Source: Botryllus schlosseri
Lineage: Eukaryota
NCBI GenBank assembly: GCA_051294905.1
Contig: CM119372.1
Span: 15,812,001 to 15,876,000, forward strand
Reading direction: 5' to 3'
Length of the DNA: 64,000 nucleotides
The first letter of the stretch is position 1, and each line of letters opens with the position of its first letter. The position numbers were made by a program, and so were the translations under genes. Shown piece after piece: positions 13,918 to 27,654 of the stretch. The notes below the pieces were generated by a model. That model did not search any database, was not told the DNA's origin, and worked only from the letters and a program-made list of their open reading frames with translations.

Positions 13918-14685
13918 CCGGGTCCGGCAACACACGGCTCGCGGGCCGGATCCGGCATGCGACGGGATTTTGAGCCGCCCGCAGAGAGTATCCGGTCGTA
14001 CATGATAATCTGGCCCGCGATTACAGTCTGCCTCAATCCACCATTGCTGGCTTATCACGTCAAATTATAGTGACTGTAGGTTATTGCTTAGCGTAAGTGT
14101 GTGGGTAGCTTGCGAGAGCAGATCTTAGGCGTAAGTTCGTCAACACGAGAAGGCTTGTATGACCGGCATTCACGCATGTACTCAGCTCTAATGAATTGAT
14201 ATCATGTTAAATTTGAACAAAATCCCAATCCCTCATTCGTATACAATAGAATGTGCCAGGAGCGCGCAACATACTGCCCGCGGTCATAGTCTGCTGAAAT
14301 TCCCCACTATTACTTTAATTTCTCTCTACGTGAAATCGTATAATAACTGAAGGTTATTCATTTTTCGGACGCAAATAATAGTGTTTTTTAGTTCTTCTTT
14401 AGTTTTTTGTTGTCTTTGTGCGCGACATGCAGCCATACTTCGAAGAACCTGATTACAACTTTGATCAACCACAGATTTCTCATTGACTTCAACAGCTATC
14501 GAAATACTTTGAATATAGTTTTGGTTTCCATGCTTCACACTTAAAGTTTACGTTAAATACGATTAATCCTAGCATAGGTGAATATACACGCGTTTAAAGT
14601 ATCGATTCAGGAATCCGGTCCGCCGAGTAGGCCTACTTCACTTCCGCATATCCGGCCCGCCGACTGGAGATGTTGCCCACCCCTG
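13918..14685. mobile_element. hAT MITE (homolog of 45291-48698 without the insert)
   Basis: Ends ...gttgcccacccctg; shared interior; TSD ctctaatc/atctaacc. Confidence 0.75.
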
Positions 14686-14992
14686 ATCTAACCGAACTGA
14701 ATTTTACTTGATCATCTGTGGTTTTAACCATGGCGCCAGCCCACCAAAAAAGATGATTCATGATAAAATATGCCAACTTGTAGGGAGACGTGGGGAAGGG
14801 GGGCGCTGGGATGCCTTGGGTGCGCGAAGGGAAAATTGTGTAGCAGTACTACAATCTAGTTCTCACCCGGATATATAAAGCTATAATTTGGACGTGTAGA
14901 ACCAAATAGCTCCATTACATTATTCTACAAATGCATCACATTGTACTCATTGCAAATGTATTTAAATTGTTTCCTCAATCCGCATGTAATCA

Positions 14993-17297
14993 TTACCGGC
15001 TAAAACCAGAAATGGACCGAGAATACTATTCTCGAGAAAGACCCGACCGAGAATGGACATTTCTGAGAGTTGACTTTACCGAGAATGTACATTACGGAGA
15101 ATTGACAATAGCGGGATTACATACCACCGATAACGAACATTACCGAGAATGTATTTTACCGAGAATACCATAATTGCCTGCTGATAATGAGTGAGCCATA
15201 TCAACTGAAAATGTAGGCGATCATTCGCCTGGATATTGGTTTAACAAGCTTTGATCTTTTTGAGTAGTGATGCCATCGCTTCTAACTAGACTAAGATAGC
15301 AATCACAACAGCTTGTTGGGTTATTGCAGATATCCTTACCAGAGATGCGAATTAAGTCATTCTTATGCTATCGTTCGCACTTTTATCATACGAATGTGAA
15401 GTGTTCGATATATTCTGCAGGTGTTGTTAAGCTGCTTCAAAACCGCAGCCCTGCTAATTAATTAGGACTAAAGTCATAGAGCGTGGTGGTCAGCAAAGAG
15501 ACGTGGATGGCGTCGTAGAAGGAATAGTACGTTTTTAGTTTTCTTCTTGATATTCTTTCGGCATATAGCCTACTTTGCGCAGGCCGAAACTGCACTTCGT
15601 CACCCCTGCCATAAACGTTGGCCTTTGCAACCATATGGTGTTAAACCGAGCTTCTTAGGACTTTGCCCAATAGACCCCTCATCGGGCTATACGTTTTTAC
15701 CGCCACTTGTGGGCGAGATTTGCTATATTGAGAACCGAGTCACATTGTATCGCGTAAAGCCGTAAAGCGTGAGGCGCGATAAAATTCTATATCATGATTG
15801 AATCGCCTAATAATATCGGGAATTACATATATAGGCTATTTCTAGACCTTTTATCCTCTCTATACCCATGTAATCAGATTTACCGGTAGAGCTGAGTGAG
15901 GTGTGTCTTGGAAAATGTAGGGCCGGTAAATAATAATTGTACATATTTGGGCAAGCCCGTTCGTATAATGACATCGTTACATGATGTTACTTCGTGAATT
16001 CCTGTCTGCTATATGTCAAAAGATACTGAAATCGTCCATAGGTAATAAACTAAAAGACGCACTCGATTGCAAATGGGTATTTCTTCACTGGCAAATTAGT
16101 TTTCTCTGCGGGATGGGATTTGTCTTGTGCGGTTCAGATTGTAAGGACGGGCACATTCGGCGCCAACAATGTATGTAGTTATATCGAAGATTTCGGTCAG
16201 CATGATGGCGTCTTTTTCGGCCAAGGGTTTCTCGCTACCAATCAATCTGGCACACAACTCAGAGTCGCATGTGAAATTCATATGTCTTGGTGCATCGTGG
16301 CGCGGTGTTGGACGATGCCAAAATGCCGATTTCTATAAATATCTCTAGGGGCAAAGGTATCCCATGATGAAAAGATATGGCAATTGTAAATAAAAAATTG
16401 AAAACAGATGCTTGAATTTAAAAAAAGTATATAAATTATGTTCATTCACGAAATAGTTTTGGACAGCCTTCGAGCTCACCCCTCACAATAGGGCGATTTG
16501 GGGATCGGCAGTTACGATCCTGGCTGTACGTGTACACCGGCTCATGCAGCCTAGTAACGCATGATATACACACGATATGTACACATGCATACGATGCGTT
16601 CACCATGTGAATATGCGTCTGAAAAAAACAGAGTGCAGAAATAGCCTGTCACTCTTGTACCACTCATCCATGCTATACCGGAAACGCTGAGCGCCAAGCG
16701 CGGAAGTTCAGGATACGAGTTCTGCTGATCAGGTCTTTGGTCCGACCCGGCGGGGTATTGAACCCACGATACACATATCAAGACGCTGGATGCTCTAACA
16801 TTGCGTAATCTCGTCTGGAGACGCTTCAAGCCAGCAAGGAAGTAGAGTCCAGAAAATAATATATAGCCCGAAATTTAGCAATACTCTAATCAAAAACGGA
16901 AATTCGATTCTGAGAACAATATCGGTCCTATTCCCAACAATATGTTAAATTTTGGCAACGCGAAGTCCCAGTCGTTATAATTCGACACTGAATCACGACA
17001 CTGTGTACATTATGTGCCAATTCACAGGTATAGATCTCTCAGCAACATCCGTTATCAGAAAGTTTTATTCTTGGAATTTTCCATTCTCAGTAATGTCCGC
17101 GTGCTCGGTGGTGTAATGTCCATTCTCGATAACACACATACTATGTAATGTCAACTCTTGGTAATGTCCATTTTCGGCAGATGCCAATTCTCGAAATTGT
17201 CGATTGTCGGTAATAATCATTCTCGGTAATATACATCTCCGGTACTTTCCTTTCTTGAGGACATACGTTCTCAGTAATTGGTGTTTTCAGTGGTGTT
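14993..17297. mobile_element. Foldback/MULE-like element with about 15-bp tandem repeats in inverted arms
   Basis: (cattaccgagaat..)n at 15010-15170 and its reverse complement at 17065-17290; possible 9-bp TSD atgtaatca/atgcaatca. Confidence 0.5.
16622..16816 (-). mobile_element. tRNA-derived SINE family 2, Meta-domain-like
   Basis: Minus strand: B-box ggttcaatacc, then ccgggtcggaccaaagac...cttccgcgcttggcgctcagc. Confidence 0.55.
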
Positions 17298-17367
17298 ATG
17301 CAATCACTGCATTCGTATCCTTCGATATAATTGAATCCTAATCCAATATTGTTTTGTATTTTGATAG

Positions 17368-17504
17368 GAGCCTGAGCTGCTGGATCAATCAAGTGGGCCT
17401 ACTTGGAAGCAATTGGAACGACAGTGAAAAGACTAACGTGGAGTATTGCGTTAAAAGTCGGTTCGATTCAATCAATTCTCAATATTGCACTCATGGGAGA
17501 TCAT
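17368..17504 (+). CDS. Exon B of same gene (SLSCWINQVGLLGSNW...YCTHGRS)
   Basis: Polypyrimidine acceptor tgttttgtattttgatag| (phase 2), donor T|gtacgt (phase 1), Cys/Trp-rich open frame. Confidence 0.7.
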
Positions 17505-17695
17505 GTACGTGGGTCACATTACATATAATTCGTTTAAAGTCTTTCGATTTGCAGTGACCGTATGGTCGCTGAATTCGTTTGAACAATTTCACAAACTTGC
17601 TGAACGGATGTATAAAAATAACCTCTGAACGATCGATGCGTCCTCACAATTACATGTACTCGTAAAATCTATAACGCATATACCTCTCTATGTAG

Positions 17696-19352
17696 CAGGG
17701 TTGCAATGACTCGAGTCAGACTCGAGTCAAGGATTTTTGGTGACTCGACTTGACTCCAGTCATTTTCTTGAAAAGGGAAAATGACTCGACTCGACTCGAG
17801 TCAATATTTGGATTGACTCGACTTGTACTCGAGTCTTTACGCATGACTCGACCCAAGTTATTGACTCGGCATATTTTATATGACTTGCAGATGAAGAAAT
17901 TTGCAAATCGTACTGGCTAGATCAACGCATATGAGGAATTCTGCCGATATCGCTATTTGTCGCCACTGCTTTCTTTGCACTCGTCTGATATCAGATATGC
18001 CGCCGTAAAAACAACAGACAATGTCACATATAGTAGCGATGCATTGTACAAAATCATTCTGTGATGAAGAGGTAATAGATCCTCCGCAATCAAAGTACTC
18101 GAGACTTTTCAATTATGCAAGCAAACGATCGAAGCAAAGTTCAATTAGAGGCAATGAAATGACTCAGATGGTCAAGTACTTGGAAGAGACTGATAAGCTC
18201 ATGTCTAGATTTGAAGGCGATGATTCTCTGCATTATTTGGCGACCAGAAATAATGAGTATCCAATGGTCTTCAATGTGGTTCAAAAATGCTTGTCAATTC
18301 CTGTATCTTGGTGCACCAGTGGAACGTGTTTCAGTAGATGTGGATTTATTCTAAGGCCATGCCGCTATAACATATATGAGGATCTCCTTTCCACTTTAGT
18401 ATTTCTGAATTGTAACTCATCATTGATTTGATCTGCTGTCAGTGAAAACACACAATACACTCCGTCCATTTGACGTTTTGTTATGTATGTGCATTGTGCA
18501 CGTGAGTATAATAATGAATGGCTAATGTTGTGTGATGTTTGTACAATAGGGTTGTTCAAGAATAACATATTTATTTTACTGGGTGGCTACTTGGTAAGAT
18601 TGTTATGTTGCATAAAAAAAAACTGAATCTGACTTAATTTTAAAAAGTAGAATCAATGATATGAGAGGAGAAAATTTTATATTTGAAAATAAAGGGAGTG
18701 TTTTTGGTGAGAAATTATTTTATATAATTTAATTACATGCTAGTAGTAAGCCGACTATTTCTTCATATCCGAAATATTCCACTCTAATAAATTCGCTTTT
18801 TCTAGTTGGAATTGAGCCAAATTTGCTATAAATCATATTTTTACACAATATAACAATACCATGAGGTGGCCGGTAAAATTCGAAAATCTCTATTTGTAGT
18901 TAATCCAAAATTTCCTCTCATATTAGTAACGCGCCAGCGGCTATTTCGGGAGCTGAGAAGGAAAGCTGACCTTTTTTTAGTCAACCACCTGATAATGTGA
19001 AAGAAAAACTATACATCTACATAAACATGCATCTGTTGATTCTCTATCAGCTGGTATCTAGACGTGAATTCGTTGGCTCTATATCAGATAGCATGTAGAA
19101 TGAATTCGTTGATTCTCTATAAGCTATAAGCTAATTCAGGATTGAAAACATGAGTTGAACATGATTTCAATACTGTGACTTGGACTCGACTCGAGTCATC
19201 ACACTATGACTCGGACTTGAGCCTTTAAAGGGTGACTTGGACTCGGACTCGACTCGGTGATGAATTGAAAATGACTCGACTTGACTCGAGTCAAAACCAC
19301 AAAAGTAAGATTGACTCGTGACTCGGAACAATGTGACTTGGTTACAACCCAG
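17696..19352 (+). mobile_element. GACTC-family hAT deletion derivative with hATC dimerisation-domain remnant (18021-18431)
   Basis: TIR cagggttgcaa/ttacaacccag; YPMVFNVVQKCLSIPVS/APVERV/FSRCGFILRP...LVFLNCN (frameshifted). Confidence 0.85.
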
Positions 19353-19779
19353 CTATAGTAGTATATAAATCACATGCATATACTAGTTTGAGTAATGCAA
19401 TTTCCTGACAGAACAGAGCAAGCATATAGAGCAAAGGCCGGATCCGTTCGAAATGTTACTTGCGGTACAAACAACCTCTTCACATCTCCCTCACTCTACA
19501 GTGAGGCGTGTTGGCTAGGTTCGGCGGCTACAGAACTTTTCTCTCTGACCTGAAATCTTGTTCGTGTAAACCAAAGCTGGGATCAAGTCATTACCTAAGA
19601 GTCACAGCTCACTTATATTCGGGCCTTCTCACGGCAATACAAAAAATGGAAATTGGCCTAATGTAAATGACCATGGTAGTCGACAAACATCCTGAATACT
19701 GCAAACAAAAACAACAAAGGCATTACAAAAATTTTCAAGTCAAGCTGCGAGTCGATTCATACCAATGTTTAAAGCGACT

Positions 19780-20290
19780 CAAGTGAAATCATTGTGAACG
19801 TTTCGATTTCGAATCAATTTCGAACCTCCGAATTTCATCAGCTTATTGCTTCCAGCTTTTTGTGCATCGCCGGACGTGACAAACTTGGTGACATATCTTT
19901 GCTGAAATACAATCTGCAATGCTAAATATCTCGGTATGACCGCATGTGTCTGGGTTGTGATATTGAAAATAAGATTTACGAGCACAAATAGTACGCGATA
20001 GTTCTGGACAAAACGAATTTGCGCAATGTTTCGGAAGTTAGTCGACGGTCTAAGAATAGTAGTCGTAGGTATCATAGGCAAGTATCGTACGCCCCGGTCG
20101 GCGTATATTCGAATCCACACTGAAGGCTTTAATGGATTTTTGAGAAAGGGCTGCATAGGTTGGGTCCCGCATTGCGTGTTAAACCTGGATTGATGAAAAC
20201 GTTGACATGGTCCGTGCTTTGAATTAAGCTTCATGCCTTGACTTCCTTCTGCGGAAGTCGTTCACGATGGACACACGTATTTATGGATTG
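19780..20290 (-). mobile_element. Decayed Buster/Charlie-type hAT transposase fragment
   Basis: TCVHRERLPQK resembles the CxxH motif (HCxxHRE); heavily frameshifted. Confidence 0.35.
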
Positions 20291-21334
20291 TACCAATAAG
20301 TTCGCTTATCAAATTAAGATTCGTTCGTTCTTACAATCTATCTAGATTTAACATTGCTTATCATTAGGGTTACATTTGAAACAAAATTCAATGTTAAACA
20401 ATGATGATTTGGGAATTCCAATTGACAGTATAGGGCCACAGCACCCGGTTATCATCATCAGAACACATAACTTCTGCTCCAGGCAGCGTGCGTGTCATAA
20501 CTATTACTGAACCGACGAAAATGATGTCTAAGGTTCCTATAGATCCGTATACCTTGTACTGGTTTTCGACTATTTGTATTGAAAGTTTCCGAATGCTCAG
20601 ACTGCAGGTTTTTTTTTCGAAAATATTTAGACATCTCTATCATCATGACACAATGTTTTATTTTTGAAATTGCATGTTTAAAAAGTACTATTTATCATAT
20701 GGTTATAAACCAAGTGTTTTAAAACAGTGCTTTCCAACCTTTTTCAGTTCGGGACCCACTTTTCATCCGAATTTCATCACGCGATCCCCCGGACGCCTTT
20801 TCGCGACTTACGTTTAAACCACTGCTCGTGGGCGCCAGTTTTAATGTTTTCAGTGCATTGCAGTTATCGGGTCGCGCCTAAAGTGAATATTTTACCGAAT
20901 TCATTATGGCATTCGGTCAATGATATTGGAAATTGCATACACTATACTACGAATTTTTCGCGACAGCAATATATGGAGACAGGCGCCTATCGTCAATGGA
21001 AGATTAGGCATATATATACCGAAGGTTTCGATCCTTTTCGGCAGAGGTTTTCTCACTGTGGATCTTTTTGCAGCACAGTTCGCGGAGTCGCATTTTGGCC
21101 GAAACTTCATATGTCTTGGTATGTCGTGGCGCGGTAATCGCTGACACCGAAGGGCCTATTTCCATAAATTGTTCGCATAATTTAATTACGGACATGGGTA
21201 TACCCCTATTAAAACCAAGACAGCGAACGATGTGAAATCGCGCGCGGTGCGCAGAAAATTTAAAAAGTTCAATATATCTCCAAACGAATACTCCATAATT
21301 TATGTTGATAATTTTGGCCCCTCGTTGAGCTCGA

Positions 21335-21570
21335 TGTCCAAGTCATTGAGGTGAAGTGTCTCAGTTAACCTCCTGCATGTAGCAGTTGGTTACAGATGTG
21401 ACATGGCTTATTAAGGCTCCTCGCCATCAGGTCTGCTTAAGCAGTGTTTTAAAAAAGTCTGGAAGTGGACCGTGCTCCAAGTCGGCAGATGCGCAATCAT
21501 AATAAAGATATCGGCCTGGTGTAAATGACGGTTGCAGTAGAAAAATATCATGAATACCCAAACAACAGCA
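21335..21570 (+). mobile_element. SINE family 1-related 3' part
   Basis: Shared ccgtgct..aagtcggcag and ggcctggtgtaaatgac tail. Confidence 0.7.
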
Positions 21571-22094
21571 GACAAGAAAGCGCGTATCCAATCAGCAATT
21601 CGTCTATTACATCGAACACAAAGGGCTTATGAAGAGCTTGAGTTGCGGCAATTGTTTGCCGATTATAACAACTCGGGCTGGATTGCGGCATTTCCCGATC
21701 AACAATCGCAGAGCCGTTGAAAGAAAGAATGAATTTCTATCTCACGCATACACAATGACGCACTGTCGGATTTCACGCTCCAATCAATATGACTGTGACG
21801 AAAATCTGGCTCACCAATTATATTGAGCACGGCAACGTGGCTTGTGACGCTAATGTGCGCAAAACAAATGTCATTTGGAGGAGAATGTGCATTTACTATT
21901 GTAATATTGAGAATATAAAGTGTTTGGAAGATTTGAAAAATTGAATACGAAAGTGTAACATTTAAAACGTCGTCGCGACCCATCTGAAATAGCTTCGCTA
22001 CCCACCGGTTGCATGGGAAGCACTGTCTTAGAGCACGTCTTGTTTTAAATACAACCTACTTACAATATCTGTGAATTAATTGTATTATTTTCAG

Positions 22095-22129
22095 TACCAG
22101 CAAAGCCTGCAGACTGTATCAAGAAAATT
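22095..22129 (+). CDS. Exon C of same gene (LPAKPADCIKKI)
   Basis: Acceptor tattattttcag| (phase 1), donor ATT|gtacgt (phase 0); an alternative donor gtaagt follows 22133. Confidence 0.6.
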
Positions 22130-22577
22130 GTACGTAAGTACGGACCAGCCACGCGGTACTAAAGCGATGATGATTTAGTGCGTATTCAGATGAACGTGGT
22201 TGTTGGGATATCGATAACAGAGGCTACGTGTTTCAAATAAAAAGCAGGAGTGAATGCCAATCGAGCAAATACAGCCACCGCTGCTGTTTCCGGAAAGGAT
22301 CTTGTGAAGCCTGTGAATGCCTAGGTGAGTGATATAGTCATCGTGCGAAACCCTAAAAGGTTCCGCTTCGTGTGAACGCGAAGATCTATGGAATGTTGAC
22401 AGCGTACAAGAACATGTCGAGTCATGTTCCTGCCAGTATAAATAAGATACTGTCGCAGAAATATTCAATCTATTCAGAATACGCTTGGTGGACCCAATAT
22501 TCGACAGCTCTCGCATATGACGGTGTGACTGGATCGAAATGTCCTATCATTATCTTATAACAACTTGATCTTCGAAA

Positions 22578-22960
22578 AGAGCTTCTTGGAGGTACAGAAC
22601 TTCAACATACAATGGAACAATATATTCATATTGAAATAAACTCGAATATTTACGGCTGACATTCGTCGGCGCTGATCGGCAGCAACTGAGAAGAGGAATG
22701 AACATTGTATATCAACGATCGTATCATCAAATATGATGTCACGGGCATCAAATTTCAAATGATCGAGACGAAGAGATTGCTTGAGCCTTCTTTTGTTGCC
22801 ACAAACTATAGGTTGGCGTAATTTGGGAAAAGACGACTCCAAGGCACGCAAATAAGCGTATGAACTGCCTCTCTCCCGATTTCGTGAAATCTGACGTCTT
22901 GATAATTTTTCGAAAAAATATATTCTGTTTCATCAGTAATGGCTGACTCTCGCATTGTGC
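22578..22960 (-). mobile_element. Penelope-like element 3' end, diverged, with degenerate hammerhead
   Basis: RALESSFPKLRQPIVC; homologous to 37742-38389. Confidence 0.7.
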
Positions 22961-22989
22961 TGGAGTATAATAAGCTCAACTAAACACGT

Positions 22990-23560
22990 AGCAGTGACGG
23001 AGATGAGTCATATTGTTTACAATCAACATCAACATAGTGTGATATGAAATTTTGTGCAACTATTTTGCAAAACTATACTAGATTTATCTTAAGTTTGTGT
23101 TCACGTTCATTTCTTGGAGTCTCCGTCATACAGAGAGTGATAGGAAGAGTACTTCAAGAAATAAATATTGAAGATGGTAACATTAGTGTAATTTCTGCTA
23201 TTTCTCCAGGTAGTTCCAAAGGTAGTACTGTCCAACTTCGTTTGCGAACACAAACCTCTGAAATATCCAGGTTCGCATGTACCGAACACGAACGTGAACA
23301 GAATGTTCAAAACGATAGTGATATAGCCTATATTGTAGTATATGCAATTTTATGTAAGCGTTGAATGAAACAAAATTCTCGATTACTGAAAAAGCGATGG
23401 GAAACGATCATAAAAGAGAAATAAACAATTAATCAAGTTTTTGAGGTATTGGTTATCAGGTTCCAAAAAAGAAAGTAAAGAGGAACTCAAAAATGCTCTG
23501 CTGAAGGAAACCACGGGCATAATTTCCATGTCGGCCACCATTGGCGCGAAACCACTCCGA
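22990..23560 (+). mobile_element. Possible highly decayed Ty3/gypsy RT remnant
   Basis: Motif order LQEINI...LRLR..SEI...IAYIVVYA...IKFLRY resembles RT domains 3-7; catalytic DD not intact. Confidence 0.3.
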
Positions 23561-24523
23561 AATCTTACCCCCTATCTGCAGAATCTTCCACTTCAATGCA
23601 TACCGCCCGTTCCATTTCCTGGAAACTGCAAGCCGCAAAGAGACGAGCCTTACGTCATGAGTCCACCGAATGACGTACCGTACTGCGTCAGGTACTAAAT
23701 CGTATTTCTTTAAGATTTATCCAACTCGTGATCCCCATAATCTATCTTCAGGATTCCGTGCGAATCAGGATCTAACTTCAAGTATGACCGGAACCACAGG
23801 GCATGCGGCTTGCAACCCGGCTGTTACTTCGATGTTTCGTTGTTTGAATTGCGGGAAGCCTTCGGGCCGAATGTTTTACCTGGCGTTCCAGTTTGTCATT
23901 TAGCTATTCGAAATAAGGTGTTTCGTAACAACGCAGATAAGGTTGTTGCCGAGGTGAATGAGTTAAATTCGGCGTCAGGTTCTTATGCATGTTCAATGTC
24001 CAACGTCCAATATCTAAAAAGGTATAGCGATTTCCGAATACCAGATTCGTAAGATGAATACTCTCAGATATCAAATTCTGCTTTCACTTTCAATGGGTGA
24101 AAAACACACTAGCCGTTATCCATATTTACACGAAAACATCACCCACAACACCGATGGGCCATATATCTCTATCATAATTGTTGTAATGGACTCATTCACA
24201 CCAGTTGACAAGGGTGTAAAAAGCACAATGTGGAAGCTGAATACGCCGTTTACCCTTTATACATTACAACCCACGCTATGGTGGAAATCTGATAAATATA
24301 TATATGTATGTATATAAATATTCTCCCATGGGTTAGGTTAGTTTATAGTTCATAGCTGGTGGCTTTTACTGTGTTTGTGATTGAAATGATTACATGTAAT
24401 CCCAATGCATTCTGGTTTCATGCTATAACAACAGTCGGCTTATATACTCACGAAATGATATTGCTATCATGTTTCATATGTATATTCCTATATGGAATTG
24501 ACTGGATTTTAATGTCATTTCAG

Positions 24524-24662
24524 TTTGGACTCTGGAATCCATATTTCACGAACTGTCTATTAAAAGAGTACAATAATGAGATACGCAATGGACCGGTCGG
24601 ATGTGAGCTTATTCATGTGATCGAAACATTTCACGTAACACCGAAAATGGCAGGCTGGATTG
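24524..24662 (+). CDS. Exon D of same gene (FGLWNPYFTNC...MAGWIG)
   Basis: Acceptor tcatttcag| (phase 0), donor G|gtaagc (phase 1); joins exon E to give AGWIGINIYSCALIEACW. Confidence 0.75.
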
Positions 24663-24686
24663 GTAAGCAACGACATCAGTGTCAAC

Positions 24687-27224
24687 CAGACATGGGGTGA
24701 TTACTTTATGAATGTAATCGATTGCGATTACGATTACTTCGGAATCACGCGATTACGATTACGATTACGATTACAGCAAAATCAGGAAGTAGTCGATTAC
24801 GATTACGATTACATTGGAAAAGTAATCACGATTACTCACGATTACATTTGTTTTGCTTCTTAGGACTATAATCTCAAATGATATATTGGAAGACAATACA
24901 AGGATTGCGATGAAAAGGCTTAATGAGATATCAACTCTCTTCATACATCACGAGGCATTTGCTTATTACGTCATAATATACCAATTGCCCAACTTTATAG
25001 TGGATGATTTATCGCATCCAACGATTTGCATTATTGCCAGGTCTTTACCTGCCGCACCCCAAATTCCTTAATAGGGTGGGGAGCGTGCTCGAAGGGGACT
25101 CAAAAGTTTTTCGTAAACCAACATAAATTATAGAGTATTTTCGAGAATTTAGTTAATTCTTAAAAATGTTTCTCGAGCTTTGCGATTCAAATGTCTCTAG
25201 TACAGGGGTCACCAACGCGGACCAAATGAGTCGCCCGCGGTCGCTGTAGCGAATACCCAAATGAGAGATTTGAAAGTTGAAGCTGGTTTCATATGAGCAG
25301 CAGTTGAACATGGGTCGGCCGACCCCAAGGAAGATACGAACGCAGTCGCTCGGGGCATTGCTTGTCTTCGCCCACGCGGCGGCTCAACGGGAATCTATAG
25401 ATTGGAGATCGGAAATTTGCGCTTCGGCACGCACTGCAGCAACGCAGCTGAGCTGGTGTGAGTCCCGGCGAGTGAGCGTTTTTTGTTCTTAGTAAGGGGC
25501 GGAAACCCGGCCCAGTGCTCTGATTGTCTTACTCTAAGTGGAGAAATCCAACTTAACATGGATAAACGGCGGGAGTAAGTGGCAACCCGTCGGTCGTCGC
25601 AATAATCAGTACACACTACACAAGAAGTAGCTTTTTGTTTCAAAACGGTTGGTGACCCCTGCTCCAGTGGATAGCTGGGTTTGAGATGCATACCTCTTCC
25701 CCTCAAGAAAAAACATGCATAGGCTATTTTATGGGAACAGGCATTTCGGAGCCGGTCATTACCGCGCCACGATCCCACAACACACCAAAAGACATATGCG
25801 GTTTCGGCCAACACGCAACTCCGCGGGATGTGATACCAAAGAAATACCATGGCCGAAACTTAGGGTATTCGTCCATTGTCAATAGCCGCGCTGGGTGGGC
25901 GTGACTAATAACTCCTGTCCTTCCAATCTGGGCCCACAATGCAAATGCCACCCGGCGCATCCACAAAGGAATAAAGCCATGATAATTTGTGTGTGCGTTT
26001 CACAAAAGATATTCTTTTAGACTGCTACGTTTGGGCGAGTACAATATCTTTTGATTATACAACAGATTTGAGGTCGCGAATTAACAATATACAGTAAAGT
26101 AATTATAACAACATATCAGATGCTATGATTATGAATTACGGGCCCCAGCTCTACAGGTAAATCTGACACTCGGGGCTGAGAGAGGTTATAAATGAATAGT
26201 AACATATTGCAATTACCGATATTATTGATTAAATTCAGTTTTGAAAATTGACCAACGGTTGGACAGGGGAACGAATTGTCGTTTTGGCTGAATTGCTGAT
26301 TCTAGCTACAACCCACGCTAACATGTCAGGCTATATAAGCGGATGGTTATGGCGGCAGGTCCAAATGCTAAGTAACGAACTGTGAAATAACGATTGACGC
26401 CCGTTTCAAGTAAAGTTATATGAGAATAAGATATAGTGAACATAAAAATTCTGCCTTCAACTTAATACATATACTGCGAGCTGCTGTTACCAGAAACGGC
26501 TAAGCACGGCTCGGTTACGATTAGGGCTGGGCACAATGATGCGAGTACTCGAATCTGAATCGAGTATTAATTTTAATGATTCGAGTCGAGTACTAAAATA
26601 CGTTTTTTTCGAGTACTGAAATTATACGCTTCTCGCCACTGAAAGTTAATTTATCAACGAGAATTATAATTTCGATACTACTTTTCACTGTTGTAGCATT
26701 GAAACCTTGATTGGAGGTATCGTAGCATACGAAAAATATGGTACGAAGCTACGATGGTTATTGGACGTAGCACATTTTCGAAGTCATGATTATCCCACAA
26801 CATTGTCACCAAGTGGAATGAAATCGGTATGGCCGAAAAAATACCAAAGTATCATTTATGAGATGGATAAAAGGCATTATATTCTGTACTATTTGTGGAC
26901 ACTTCTTACGCAATGACGAGCGGAGCTAATACTTCTGACGTAATAATGAGTCAGTGGCGTTTGAAAACAGACGTTTGTGCTACCGCTAACGTGGTATATT
27001 ATCTCATTCTTGTTCACGAATATTCAGTTAATGTCATAGTCCTTGTACAAACAAAAAGTAATCGTTCTTTCACAAAAGAATCGATTAAATATGGGAAGTA
27101 GTCGATTACGATTACGATTACTTTGGATTTTTTTCGAATGTAATCGATTGCGATTACGATTACTTCAAAATGCTGTAATCGTCGTAATCGATTACGATTA
27201 CTAATCGCGATTACCCCATGTCTG
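24687..27224. mobile_element. hAT MITE, GATTAC-repeat family, with nested elements
   Basis: TIR cagacatggggt; perfect TSD gtgtcaac; (gattac)n subterminal arrays. Confidence 0.9.
25203..25661 (+). mobile_element. hAT MITE carrying 28S rRNA-derived fragments (25239-25578)
   Basis: 14-bp TIR caggggtcaccaac; TSD ctctagta/ctccagtg; interior matches LSU rRNA motifs. Confidence 0.8.
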
Positions 27225-27654
27225 GTGTCAACCTGCTTGTCCTACCAAGAATAATTCAAGTGTACCCGGTGCCCATGTCAAAAAACCTTGATATTTGGAA
27301 TAGAGTATATATTCAAAAGACAGACGTAGTTATTGGTAACTCCATAAGGCCTAAAAGTGACGGAAAGAAACAGGAGGAAAAAACATATCGGTAGAAACTA
27401 TACCATCGCACGGACGTGACTGGCTAAGTGGCATTACTGTATATAAGTATATACCTTAGGTCAGGGGTCATCAAAGCGGTGACCGCGGGCCCCAGGTAGC
27501 TCGCGGTGACCAGATGAGTAGCCCGTGAGCCTGTTCTAATATTAGATCGAACAAGCAGCATTTACCAATATTCGTCAGATTATTACCAGTGAGCTTTTAA
27601 ATATATGAATTGATTTATTTAGCTATTCTTGTTTAAATCACACTGACATGTAGA

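Noticed and set aside
25239..25578. Functional 28S rRNA gene
   Set aside because: Only short, diverged, discontinuous fragments inside a MITE
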